Source: Paraspadella gotoi (taxonomy: Eukaryota; Animalia; Chaetognatha). Taken from it: a DNA stretch of 64,000 bases. Under the pieces are notes generated by a model. The model saw only the letters and a program-made list of their open reading frames with translations, had not been told where the DNA came from and did not search any database. The stretch spans positions 27,692,533 to 27,756,532 of the forward strand of contig CM119263.1 of the NCBI GenBank assembly GCA_051294375.1, read 5' to 3'. Shown piece after piece: positions 1 through 10,856 of this stretch (position 1 is the first letter of the stretch; each line of letters begins with the position of its first letter). Both the position numbers and the translations under genes were made by a program.

Positions 1-841
1 ACGAGGTGGTTCCTTGGAATGGTGGTAAGGGTTGTGGAGGTAAGTTAGTGTCACCGAAAGGTAAGTGGAGCGAAGAGAAGTATGTAGTTAGTGAATTGTG
101 ACGGAAACAAAGAAACTTTTTGGAAGGAAATAAGGAAAATTAAAAGAGTCATGGGTTGAGGATGAAGGAAAAAGGAGAAGAGAGAGAAGAAGAAGAAGAG
201 AAGAGATGCAGAAAATGAGAGAGGAAAAAAAGAAAGAGAAAAAAGAAAGAAAATCAGGGGGAAAAAGAAATATTAAAGGTAAAAGCCAACACAAAACAGA
301 ATTAAGAAGCGCAGGAAGGCAGAAAAATTTTGCCTTAGAAATAAGATGATATTTAAAACGAGTTAAAAAAAAGAATTTAAAACATTTAAAAAACAAAACA
401 GTCAGAGATATGATTATATAAAAACACATTAATAACGAAACACTCGGAAAAATGATAAAATAAAAACATTTGAAAAAAAAAGAAACCTTGTCGGGGGGAA
501 AATGACGGGAATGAATAATGAAGATGGACAACCGCCGACGAGGAATTCGTCATAAAAGGAGGAAAGGGAGGAAAAGAAAGAAAAGAAATGGAGGAAAAAG
601 GAAAGAAAAGAAAGATGAAGCGACAAATGGAATGAAAGCGAAACCAAAAAAAAGGAAAGTAAAAAGAGAGAAGAAGATGGATGGAAGGATGAAGGGAGAT
701 GGAGAGCGGGAAGGAGAAATTAAATTGAAAGTCTTAACGAAAAAGTATTTTCAATTGACGGAAGCCACCAAAGTTTTTGATAAAGAAGATACATATATAG
801 GTGCAAAGAAAAATGTACCTACTACGGACGTAAAATGAAAA

Positions 842-923
<82 letters not shown>

Positions 924-1004
924 CAATAAAAAATGAGAGCCGGGACATGGATGAATGACTGAACGTCGCCCGTGTATCGGAGAGCCTCGAGAAGAGAGAG
1001 ACTT

Positions 1005-1225
1005 ATGGGAGAACGTCAGAGGATATAAGGAAGAAAGTCTCTTGATAAACGACGCGATGGGAGAATGTAATAAGATCGATGGGAGAACGCGATAAGATCG
1101 ATGGGAGAACGCGATGGGAGAATGTGGCAAGATCGGTGGAAGAAAGCAATGCGAGAATGTTGTATGATTGATTGGAGAACGCGATGGGATAATGTGGCAA
1201 CATAGAGGGAAGATTGGATGAGAAA
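1005..1225 (+). repeat. Degenerate minisatellite
   Basis: Repeated GATGGGAGAACGC / AAGATCGATGGGAGAA. Confidence 0.75.
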
Positions 1226-2522
1226 TCATGCAGTATCTCCTGGCAGATTGTCATTTAATGTCAGATGAAAGAGTGCAAGTAAATGCTTCGATTGTCATGC
1301 GATTCTATGGGCCACTGAAAGCGTACACCGTGAGGGTGATAGTTGATTCTTGACAGTCGCCGTGAATGAGAAGTATGATATATGACATGTGTAACGCAGT
1401 AATAGACATGTGGAAAACAATTTTGAGGAATCTCAAAATTTCAAACAATTTTGAGGAATCTCAAAATTTCAAACAAACGATTGCAAAGATCAACAAAAGA
1501 TGATAAACACTTGGAAAAATTCAAACGGTCGAGGATCGAGGCTGTTGAACTCTTTACGTTCTTTCTCTTCTCTTTCTTTTCTCTTCGACTTATCGCCCGT
1601 CGCCCTCATCATCGGCCATCCCGTGCCATCCTTCAATACTTTTCCTATCTCCCTTCACTACCCACTACCCACTCATCAATATCTTCAATCCCTTACCCCA
1701 AGTCAGCCTCACCGCTTGACATTCGACTCTTTCCTTATCATATTTCGACCTCACCCTCTCGACCTTACCTCCACTTTGCCCCCCCCCCACCCTGCACCAG
1801 CGTCGGAATTAATAAACACCAAAGCCAAACGGTTCCTCATGAATTATGCAGAGTGCGCTTCTGAGTATCCTCCCCATTCGGCTTCAACTTTCGAGTGGGT
1901 CGATATTTTTCCGGGATTATCATTCGCCACTCACCCGATGATACTTACCCAATGACACTTACCCAAAGCAAGTACTTGTGATATTTAACGATTGTTTAGT
2001 ATCACTCATTTAGTAGATTTATTTTTTACCCATTATTACTATTTATTTATTTCATTTTTTTCTTTTTATTTATCATTTATATACCTTTTCTGTATTTATA
2101 AAAAGTATTACTACATTATTCACTACTCAGTACTTAAAATTAAGTTGAGTGTTTAACGATTTTAAACCTCCCATCCCCTCACCCTTCTTCTTCAACCTCG
2201 CGCCTCAACGACCCCGCCGTCAACTTACCCGCTCACACTGAGACACGCCTCAGTCCTCTCGCATCCTCATCTCCTCTCCATCTCCACAAACCACGATTTT
2301 AACCACAAGTAAGTTTGACTCTGCGTCAAACTAATGCCGCCCTCTACTTTATTTCAAAATAATTCACGGGGCCCGTCAAGTCCGTAACACTGACGGCGAC
2401 AAACGCGTCATCAAATTCCTTCGGGCGTGACGATGACGATGACGATGACGACGTGAAAACAATGACGCGACAATAACAATGACGCGAGTTGAAATCCGAA
2501 ACGACATGGAGATTATGACGAG

Positions 2523-2638
<116 letters not shown>

Positions 2639-2789
2639 GAGAGAGACAGTTGGGTATAGGAGAAAGAAAAAGGAAATTATTCCTTATCTTTTCTCTTTAT
2701 TACCTCTATTTCTCTCCCATCTTCTCTTTCTTCCTCTTTTTCCTCTCCGTCCTTCCTCTCTTCTTCTCCCTCCTTTTCACCCTCCCCTT

Positions 2790-3101
2790 AATCTCCTCCT
2801 CGCATTACATCTCCACTTTCACTTTCTCTTTCCTCCCCCTCGCACTCCTTCCCTTCCTCTTCTTCTCCCTTTCCTCCCTCTCCTAAAACTCCTCGGAATA
2901 CAACTCTTCTTCGCATTACATCTCCTCTTTCACTTCCTCTTTCCTCCCTCTCTCACTCCTTCCCTTCATCTTCTTCTCCCTTTCCTCCCTCTCCTAAAAC
3001 TCCTCGGATTACAACTCTTCCACGCATTACATCTCCTCTTTCACTTCCTCTTTCCTCCCTCTTCTCCTTTCCACTTTCCCCTTAATCTCCTCCTCGCATT
3101 A
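2790..3101 (+). repeat. Tandem duplication of about 110 bp, pyrimidine-rich
   Basis: CGCATTACATCTCC recurs at about 2801, 2912 and 3023, and TCCTAAAACTCCTCGGA occurs twice. Confidence 0.8.
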
Positions 3102-3536
3102 CGACGACCGATCAACGGATTAAAATCTCCGCCGAACGAGAATCCTTCTCCCGGATGTAAAGGAGGAATAAAACCTGGGACGAGGATGTAATTGGAATAA
3201 GAGCCTCGTACTTAATGCGGAAATTTTAGGGAACGGATGCTGTTGAGTCACACAACTTGGGTAACGGGGAGCAGAATTTTTCTATTCCTCTAAAATCAGT
3301 CAGTTATTTGAAACTTTATCGCTTGCGACTGTACAGTATACACTATACACATGCGTCTTACAATTAATTATATTCCCCCCCCAAAAAAGTTTGAGTCAAA
3401 GATTGAGAGCAAAAACCAAGTCTTTCTAAGACTGAAATAGGAAAGGCTGTTTCCCATTGATTTGCTTTGAAAATAGGTTGTCAGTGCTTTTTTTGTGAAC
3501 TTGGTAAAATTCTGTAAACGACTATGGGTATTTTAT

Positions 3537-4143
3537 AAGGCGGAACAGGTTACAAACTAACAGAAGTCCGGTATAAATATTGTTAATGTGTTTTTTAAAG
3601 ATCGTGAAAATAAAAAAAAATTAGGATTTATCTTATAGTTAAACGCATGGAAGCGATTTTATATTATCTGAATACTATATAATGTTAAAAGTTTTTTTTA
3701 ATAAATTTTAATTTTATTGAACGGATTCTGATAGAACTTGAAAAGTTAGATGAAGGTTATTAATACAACTTTTTGAAATTTTAATGATTTATCTATGAAA
3801 ATTAACAAAAACTATAAAATTTAATGAATGCTGATAATGATGATGATTTTTTAAGGTTTTTTCAAATTTTAGCCCATTTATCATTAAAATTTTTGAAATT
3901 TGTAGTACTAACCTTTATCTAACTTTTTAATCTTTATCACAATCCATTTTTAAAAATTTTAATTTCTTAAAATTTTTTTAAAGCATTTCTTATATACTGT
4001 TAAATATTAAAATGCTTCCATGCATAAGGAAAATTAATTTAATCAAAATCTAACATCATATATCAATTTGGTTGTAAAAGGACAAAAGACTTTTATTGCG
4101 GACTTTTTCATATTGTAAAAAATGTTAAATTTTGGCCCGCCTT
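3537..4143. mobile_element. Foldback/MITE-like element with long degenerate inverted arms
   Basis: Nested reverse-complement matches: AAGGCGG/CCGCCTT, AAGTCCG/CGGACTT, GCATGGAAGC/GCTTCCATGC and AAAAGTTAGAT/ATCTAACTTTT. Confidence 0.7.
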
Positions 4144-4757
4144 TGTGGGTAACTTCCAGGTTCCCAGGATCTCTTATAGAAGGCATGCGAGCACGAAAAA
4201 AGAACCAGCGGATTTATATATCTTTCTTATTGTAACACCTCTCCAGTCATCTAGTCGCTTACGTAGTATATTCAAAAGCCTACTACTCCAGCTGAGCATC
4301 ATCTTTTCCATCATCTTTTCCATTGTTGTTTTTAAATACACATCACGTTCCCGGTAGCAATTCTGTATTGTATTCGATCTCTTGTATTGTTCATGAATCT
4401 ATTGTAAAGATGCTGACTTAATCATAGGCATTAATGACTTCCTTGCTTCACACAATACATACACGTCATTCCAGCAGGCATCTTTCGTTGTACTGGATCC
4501 ATATTATTTAAGAAAACACGTACGTTATATACGAAATATGCGTACGTAAATCCTCGTCGTTTATCGACATTGCAGAAACTAAAACATTCTACATACTACT
4601 AACTCAAGCAACATAAAACATATGTAAAAGAGTATTTCTTTGTAACATTAAAATTTTTTAGTATTAAATTATTTTTTTATTCAAATATCGAATTGTTGTT
4701 TTTCTTTCTTTTCGTTGGTTGAAGTTAGCAAGAGAAATATTTATTTTTCACAACGAA

Positions 4758-5536
4758 TTTTTAGTCGACTCTATAATTCACTTTGTCAGTCCGTCGGTCC
4801 GCCCCCTCAATCTTGTCGGGCATTCATTATATCATGTCAGAACATCGAATTATGATAAATTATGCAAAAAAAAAACGATGTCCTGTCTGTCTGTCTGTCT
4901 GTCCGTCCGTCCCACCTTAGCAAAAAACACCAATTACTCGTGATTGGTTAGATGGATTGGAATGAAATTTTGTGTGTGGGTAGGGAAGTGTGTGATTGAG
5001 CCGGATATGAAGTTTCGATGGAATCGTCCGAGTGGAAATGAGTTTAAATGGAAAAAACAAAAGTCATATTTACTTTTAAGTATTTTACTTATATATATTC
5101 ATAATTATTATATTTATTATAAATTGAACAGATAAATTGAAATAAAAATTTTTGTGTGGGTAGGAAAGTATGGAATTAAGTTGGATATAAATTTTTGATG
5201 AAATCCTAGGAGTGGAAAAGTGTTTAAATTAGAAAACCAAAGGACATATTGATTTGAATATTTAAAAGTTTCTCTCTCTCTATTTTTTTCCAATTGATTG
5301 ATTTATTTATTGATTGTTAATTTTATTAACTGAGTGATTGATGAATTTTTAAATTGATTAATTTAGAAATCTGTTATGATTTATTATGTTATGATCTAGT
5401 TATGATTAGTTATGTTTCTCTCTCTCTCTATTTATTTATGATTTTTCTTGTCACATTCATCGGACAGACGATCTGATTAGTTGCTTTCTGCTAAATTATC
5501 ATAGGCAGATCCGACATTGTTTGCTCAAACTTGTTT
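4758..5536 (+). mobile_element. Non-autonomous Helitron/Helentron-like (HINE/DINE-like) element
   Basis: (GTCT/GTCC)n tract, GAAATTTTGTGTGTGGG core, and a terminal hairpin GGCAGATCCGACATTGTTTGCT followed by CTTGT. The same parts recur elsewhere in the window. Confidence 0.6.
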
Positions 5537-5544
5537 CAATTTAA

Positions 5545-5695
5545 ACTCACACTCAAAACTTTCTTTCAATCCAACCATCCAATCAAGAGTAATTGGGGTT
5601 TAATGCTAAGGTGGAATGGAAAGACAGACAGACAGACAGAGAGACAGACATAAATTTTTTTGCATAATTTCTCATAATACGATGTTTGATTATGC
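5545..5695 (-). mobile_element. Inverted partial copy of the same repeat family
   Basis: Reverse-complement similarity to 4840-4975 (GAGTAATTG, GCTAAGGTGG, (GACA)n, TTTTTGCATAATTT). Confidence 0.6.
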
Positions 5696-6444
5696 TAGTT
5701 AAAAAAATAGAGCGAGTTTAAAAAATGATACCAGTTAAAAAAATAATGCGAATTGAAAAAACGATTTAAGTTAAAAAAATGATGCAAAGTAAAAAAATGA
5801 AGCAAGTTCAGTGAAATCCGTTGCAAGCAATTTACATGTATTGGCGCATCCACTGGTTTGGTATGATGTATGATGGTGTGATGTTTTTATGAAATTGGTA
5901 CAACGAGTATAAAATTATCCATTCATTTAATAAATAAGCTATCTTGCCCCTGACTTTGGACAGGCTTTGGTGGTTTAAGGCTTCCATCACTCTTACAGGA
6001 TAATGACATAGCAGGTCCCTGCAAGCTTTCAATCTAGACTCTCTCACAGTCTCGTTTATTCACTCCCAGAGTACCTGATTTCCCTATCTATGAAGTGGTA
6101 TAATATTTCAAAGAATGTTTCAATTGTATGAAAAGACCACTCCCTCAAGTATTATATCGGGGAATACTATATTGTACTCCACCCAGCATCAAAATACAAG
6201 GAGCTGAATTTTATGAAATTGGTACAATCAATATAAAATTATTCATTTATTTATTAAATAAGCTATCTTTGGATAGGCTTATGTTATTATCACAAATTGA
6301 AAGAATTATCGTGATTTATCAACTGATTAGCTGATTACCATTTAATTATTATAGGCAGATCCGACATTGTTTGCTCAAACTTGTTTTCTGTCTTAAAAAA
6401 TGAGCAATCAACTATAGACAAATTACATGCATTTTTATACTTAG

Positions 6445-6540
6445 TGGGACGACCGACGGACAGACATACCGACAGACCAACAGACCGACCAAAAAGTGAC
6501 TTATAGAGTTTCTCCGCGAGTACTCGCGGCGCAACTAAAA
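6445..6540 (-). mobile_element. Short dispersed repeat end with palindrome (related copy at 45309-45366)
   Basis: CAGACCGACCAAAAAGTGACTTATAGAGTT is the reverse complement of 45334-45363, and the copy contains the palindrome CCGCGAGTACTCGCGG. Confidence 0.65.
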
Positions 6541-7007
6541 ACTGTCACAGTTAATTTGTGATTTCAGATGCCAAATTTAACAGAAGATACAGAACAAAGT
6601 CCCTACCATATGGAATGGTCAAGAAACATTTTTAATTTTCTTAAAACTAATACTGTTGGCAAGAGTAGTTTATTAGAGGTATGTACTTGTTTAAGACGTT
6701 CCATTTCTACAGAAAATTTATCTACACAATCAGTTTTATACAATCATACAAAAGAATATCTTATTCACGCTTAAAGCAAAAAATCAAGAAAATGATTTTA
6801 AAGAAGCACCAAATAATTTATTGCTTTAACTCAATTTAATGAAATTGAATTTTTTAGATGGAGAAAAGTGAATTATTGCATGAAAATTACAAAATCAAGG
6901 GTTTAATTTTACATTAGTGGAACGTTACATATCTAACAATATATAATTATTTTTTTTTACATTTAAATTAGGCCATCAAACGGTTACAATCTGAGAAGGA
7001 AGCCAGA

Positions 7008-7907
7008 ATGCAGCATCTAAATTTCATCAATCTGATCATCGGTGGGTTTGTTCTGCAGTCAATTATGGGCATAACGATACAGCCCTACCTGGTCATCAAG
7101 TTGAAAGGGGTAATGCGCACTTTCATGGCCTTAGAGTATTTTTTCATCTTTGCCTGTTCACTTAATTGGTTTTTATTTGAAGGCAACAACTATAACTTTT
7201 TTAACACTATTTATTCTCCTAATCTTTATCACCATTTTTCACTTTTATTTGCAAAAATGTATTTTTGTAATGGGACATATTTTTATTTTTTGAATCTTCG
7301 AAAAACATTCTTGTGTTTGATTTTATTTGACATTCATCAAATGGTATGTTTTCCATTAAAGTATAAGGAGTATAACACAAAGAAAAAAGTTGCAATGCGC
7401 TATTTATTCGCCATATTTTGTCTCTCGATCTTTCATGTTGGAGATATAATTGCGATACTCCTCTTAATTTCAAGAAATTTCTCATATGCTGCCATAAAAA
7501 AGCTGGACAAAGCCAGCATTTACCTGAATGGAATTTATGAGCTGGCACTGATAGCAATCAGTATCAGGCGGGCGGTTTGCATTAAGGCCGAGCTCAATAG
7601 AAGAATCAGGGTGGTAAAAAAGGACTTCTCATCTTTATGTATACTGACAATAGGCATAGTCACTGTTACGACGATCTATACAGTGGTTGGTCTGTCACTC
7701 CGTATCATTGCAAGGACAATGATTTCTGCAAAAGGACAAACCATCATTAAAATGATTTGCTTTATCAATGATTCTTTATTTGGATTAAGTATCATGATTC
7801 TTTATCTCGTTTCATTTCCTAAACTGAGGAGGTTCAAATCGAAATTAAAAAGACTTCTTTCACTTTCTTTTTTTAATGTATTTAAAAAAAAAAACTTCTA
7901 TTATTAA
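7008..7907 (+). CDS. Divergent orphan 7TM receptor (class A GPCR/chemoreceptor-like)
   Basis: 299-aa intronless ORF with about 7 hydrophobic segments. FDIHQMVCFPLKY resembles the TM3/ICL2 DRY..VC.PL.Y motif, and YLVSFPKLRR resembles the TM7-helix 8 end. Confidence 0.7.
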   Translation: MQHLNFINLIIGGFVLQSIMGITIQPYLVIKLKGVMRTFMALEYFFIFACSLNWFLFEGNNYNFFNTIYSPNLYHHFSLLFAKMYFCNGTYFYFLNLRKTFLCLILFDIHQMVCFPLKYKEYNTKKKVAMRYLFAIFCLSIFHVGDIIAILLLISRNFSYAAIKKLDKASIYLNGIYELALIAISIRRAVCIKAELNRRIRVVKKDFSSLCILTIGIVTVTTIYTVVGLSLRIIARTMISAKGQTIIKMICFINDSLFGLSIMILYLVSFPKLRRFKSKLKRLLSLSFFNVFKKKNFYY

Positions 7908-8153
7908 ATATTATACCCTTAAAATATGGCACAGTAGTATACATTTTCAAACAGTATTTTGCTTAACCCTTTATCACTTTTTACATTTTACATTTTCTTA
8001 TTGTTTTTGCACATAGAGTACAACTAGTACAACTATATAACTTTAATTAATATCGCTGTTTAAACTTTAATTTACTGTTTGTGTTTGAGATAGTTTTTTC
8101 TTTGAAATTAGTTTGCCCAAAATTAAAAATAATGCGTTGGCCCTGTATTTTAA

Positions 8154-8630
8154 AACAAGTTTGAGCAAACAATGTCGGATCTGCCTACGATAATTTAGTT
8201 CTTCAATTAGTAATTAGTAACAGATTATAAAAGATAACATAACATAACAAATCAAAACAGACTTCTTAATAAATCTAATCTAATAAATGTTTGTTTACCA
8301 AAAGATATAATAATTTTTCTAAAGAGATAAATATACGATGATTGATAGTCGATGCAATTGTGATAATGATTTTTGATGCGATGATAGTCATTCATTGATG
8401 CGATGAAAACCATTCAATGATTCTATAATAGTCATTGATAGTCCTTTATCAAAAATATGATAGACATTCTTTTTTACGATAATAGCCATTCACAGTTGCA
8501 ATGATAATCATTCATTGATGCAATGATTTATAAAATGATAACTAGATATTGTAGGATGATAAACAATCATGAAAAGATAACCATTTATCGATGCAATAAT
8601 AAAGGGCTATCAAAGCAATGATATGAATTT
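8154..8630 (-). mobile_element. Same repeat family: 3' end plus adjacent degenerate tandem array
   Basis: AACAAGTTTGAGCAAACAATGTCGGATCTGCC is the exact reverse complement of 5504-5535 and 6354-6385. A GATGCGATGATAGTCATT-like tandem lies at 8335-8630. Confidence 0.55.
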
Positions 8631-8972
8631 AGAGTGTCTGATAAAGATGAAGAATAAAACATAGAAAATTTGGTTCAGGAGGTAAAACGAAAAGATAATA
8701 AAAAATAGTGAAACGTCAACTCTTTTAAATTTTTAAAATAAATTGTTTTCGTAATCATCTGGGTTTATATTTAAATTTTTTATGTGTTTTCTTTTTAAGT
8801 CAATAGTGCCGCACTACGAGGCGATTGACCCCTGAATTACAAATTAATGTTAATTTATTTATTTAGTTAAAAACCAAAACAAACAGACAAACAAATGCAA
8901 TTTTCGTACTCAAATCGTTGATGTTTTTTATTTTCCAACTCCCAGTAGACCAGCTTGCTTACTTTCTTAGTT

Positions 8973-9606
8973 ATGTGCTCATCAATGGCATGGTAAAATT
9001 TCAAAAAAGCAATTTTTTTTTTTGCATTTGAATAGGACCTTCCTGTTAGTAGATATTTTTTAAGAAAAAAAGGGAAATGTTTTGAAAATTTTGGTTCATC
9101 TTACAAATATAGACTTTGGAGTATCAGTCTGAGCAATCAGAATGTCAAAAACTTAAACAGCAAGGTAAGTTATAATCTTCCTTTTTTAGATTTAATGTTT
9201 AAAAATAAAAGATATTTCGTTAATTATTCGTCTCCGTTGTTGTCCTGGTTGTTTTCTCAGACTTGCCGCAACCAAGATCTTGGTGATTGCGTCAAAGCTT
9301 GCATGCAGCAAATGGGGACGTCTGCTCAAGCGGACGACCGTCAAGCTACCGTCCTTTCCAAAAGTAACAAATATAAGTGGGTCAATCCGCCAATTATCGG
9401 CTCTCCACCTGCCATCATCTTTGGACGTCGGGCGGACGAAACTAAGAAAAATGTGGGCGTGGCTGCAGTTGGCGCTCGAAATGACGACGAGTTTACGACC
9501 TGCATTATCGATTGCGCTGCGGGAAAACTAGTAAATAAAAAAAAAATATTACCGATGTCTGAATTAAACTTGGCAGTTTCTATTTATTTGTTAGCATTAC
9601 TATTAA
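8973..9606 (+). CDS. Hypothetical spliced small secreted peptide precursor (exons 8973-8992, 9036-9044, 9113-9164, 9261-9530, 9595-9606)
   Basis: Manual model. All four introns are GT-AG and the frame is preserved, giving 120 aa with a hydrophobic N-terminus, two CxxxC pairs and F-G-R-R; AATAAA follows the stop. Exons 3-4 (GTAAGT donor, TTTTCTCAG acceptor) are best supported. Confidence 0.45.
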
Positions 9607-10124
9607 TAGTATAAAATAAAATAAAAAAATCCTTAATTTCGAAAAAGCAATATTCAGCGGGAATAGTAAACCGCTTAACATTAGATTTATCTCATAAAAT
9701 AGTTAAATGCTCGAAACTTTTCCGCGAAAATTGCCGAGAGGAAAAGGTAAAGTTAAGGTGGAAAAAATGGTAAGGGAAAGGAAAGAAAAACAGTTAAGAA
9801 CAGATTAGGAAAGCGGTGGAAATAAATCCGGTTTGTTTACCTCTTTGGCAAAGCGACGTGATTTTCCGAATTTATCTTCATCATCTTCACTCTTTTGACT
9901 CCCGAGAGTGTCGCTCAAAAAACGTTGGGAAGAAGTTGAGAAGGAAGGGAGACGGAAAAATCAAGCAAGTGTGGACGCAACGTAAGTAATAAGGATTTAT
10001 TATTCAACAAGGTTATAAACAATAACAATACAAAGGCTCAGATGCTATGTCACGGTCAACTACGGAGAGAAAGAGAGTGATGGAAAGTGAGGGAGAAAGA
10101 GAGATAGCAAAACTAAGGCCACGT

Positions 10125-10804
10125 TTAAGGTTGCGTGTCGTCTTCCACACAAGCATGTATATTTTGGATAACTGTCTGTCTGTCTGTCTGTCGGTCGGTC
10201 CGTCCGTCAGTCTGTTCCCCCTTAGCTTTGAACGCCAATTACTACTCATGAGTGAATGGGGTGATTGACTTGAAATTTTGTATGTGGGGAGGAAAGTATG
10301 TGATTTACCTGGATATCAAGTTTCGATGAAATCGTCCGAATTGAAATGGGATTAAATGAAAAAAAACTTGTTTAAAACATTGATTCTGCTCTTTTATATT
10401 AAATATAAATGCAAGCTGCATTAATTATTAAAATAATTAATCAATTAATTGTTCAATTAATTAATTTATTTATTAATCAGTCTATTATTTAATCAATCCA
10501 TCAATTAATTTATTAACTAAATAATCAATCAATCCATCAATCAATCAATTTATCAACTAATTAATCAATAAATTAATCAATCAATCAATCAGTCAATCAA
10601 TCAATCAATCAATCGGTGTTAATTTCGTCGTCGTCGCCATCATTGTCATCTTTGCTTTTGTCGTGGTCAGTGACAAAAATACCTAAAAACAGACATATTT
10701 GGAAAAAGTAATTAATTAATTAATTTATTATTTAAATAATAATTAAAAGATTAATTACCGGTAATTATCGTGGGCAGATCCGGCAATGCTTCTTCAACTT
10801 GTTT
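10125..10804 (+). mobile_element. Diverged copy of the Helitron/Helentron-like family
   Basis: (CTGT)n, CTTAGCTTTGAACGCCAATTAC, GAAATTTTGTATGTGGG, GTTTCGATGAAATCGTCCG and the terminus GGCAGATCCGGCAATGCTTCTTCAACTTGT. Confidence 0.6.
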
Positions 10805-10856
10805 TATAGTGTATTTAAGCATATTTTTTGAATTGTTTATCCGTGACAATAACTAT

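Noticed and set aside
6858-6971. Upstream coding exon for the 7TM gene (ATG at 6858)
   Set aside because: The visible GT donor at 6901 gives the wrong phase and a premature stop.
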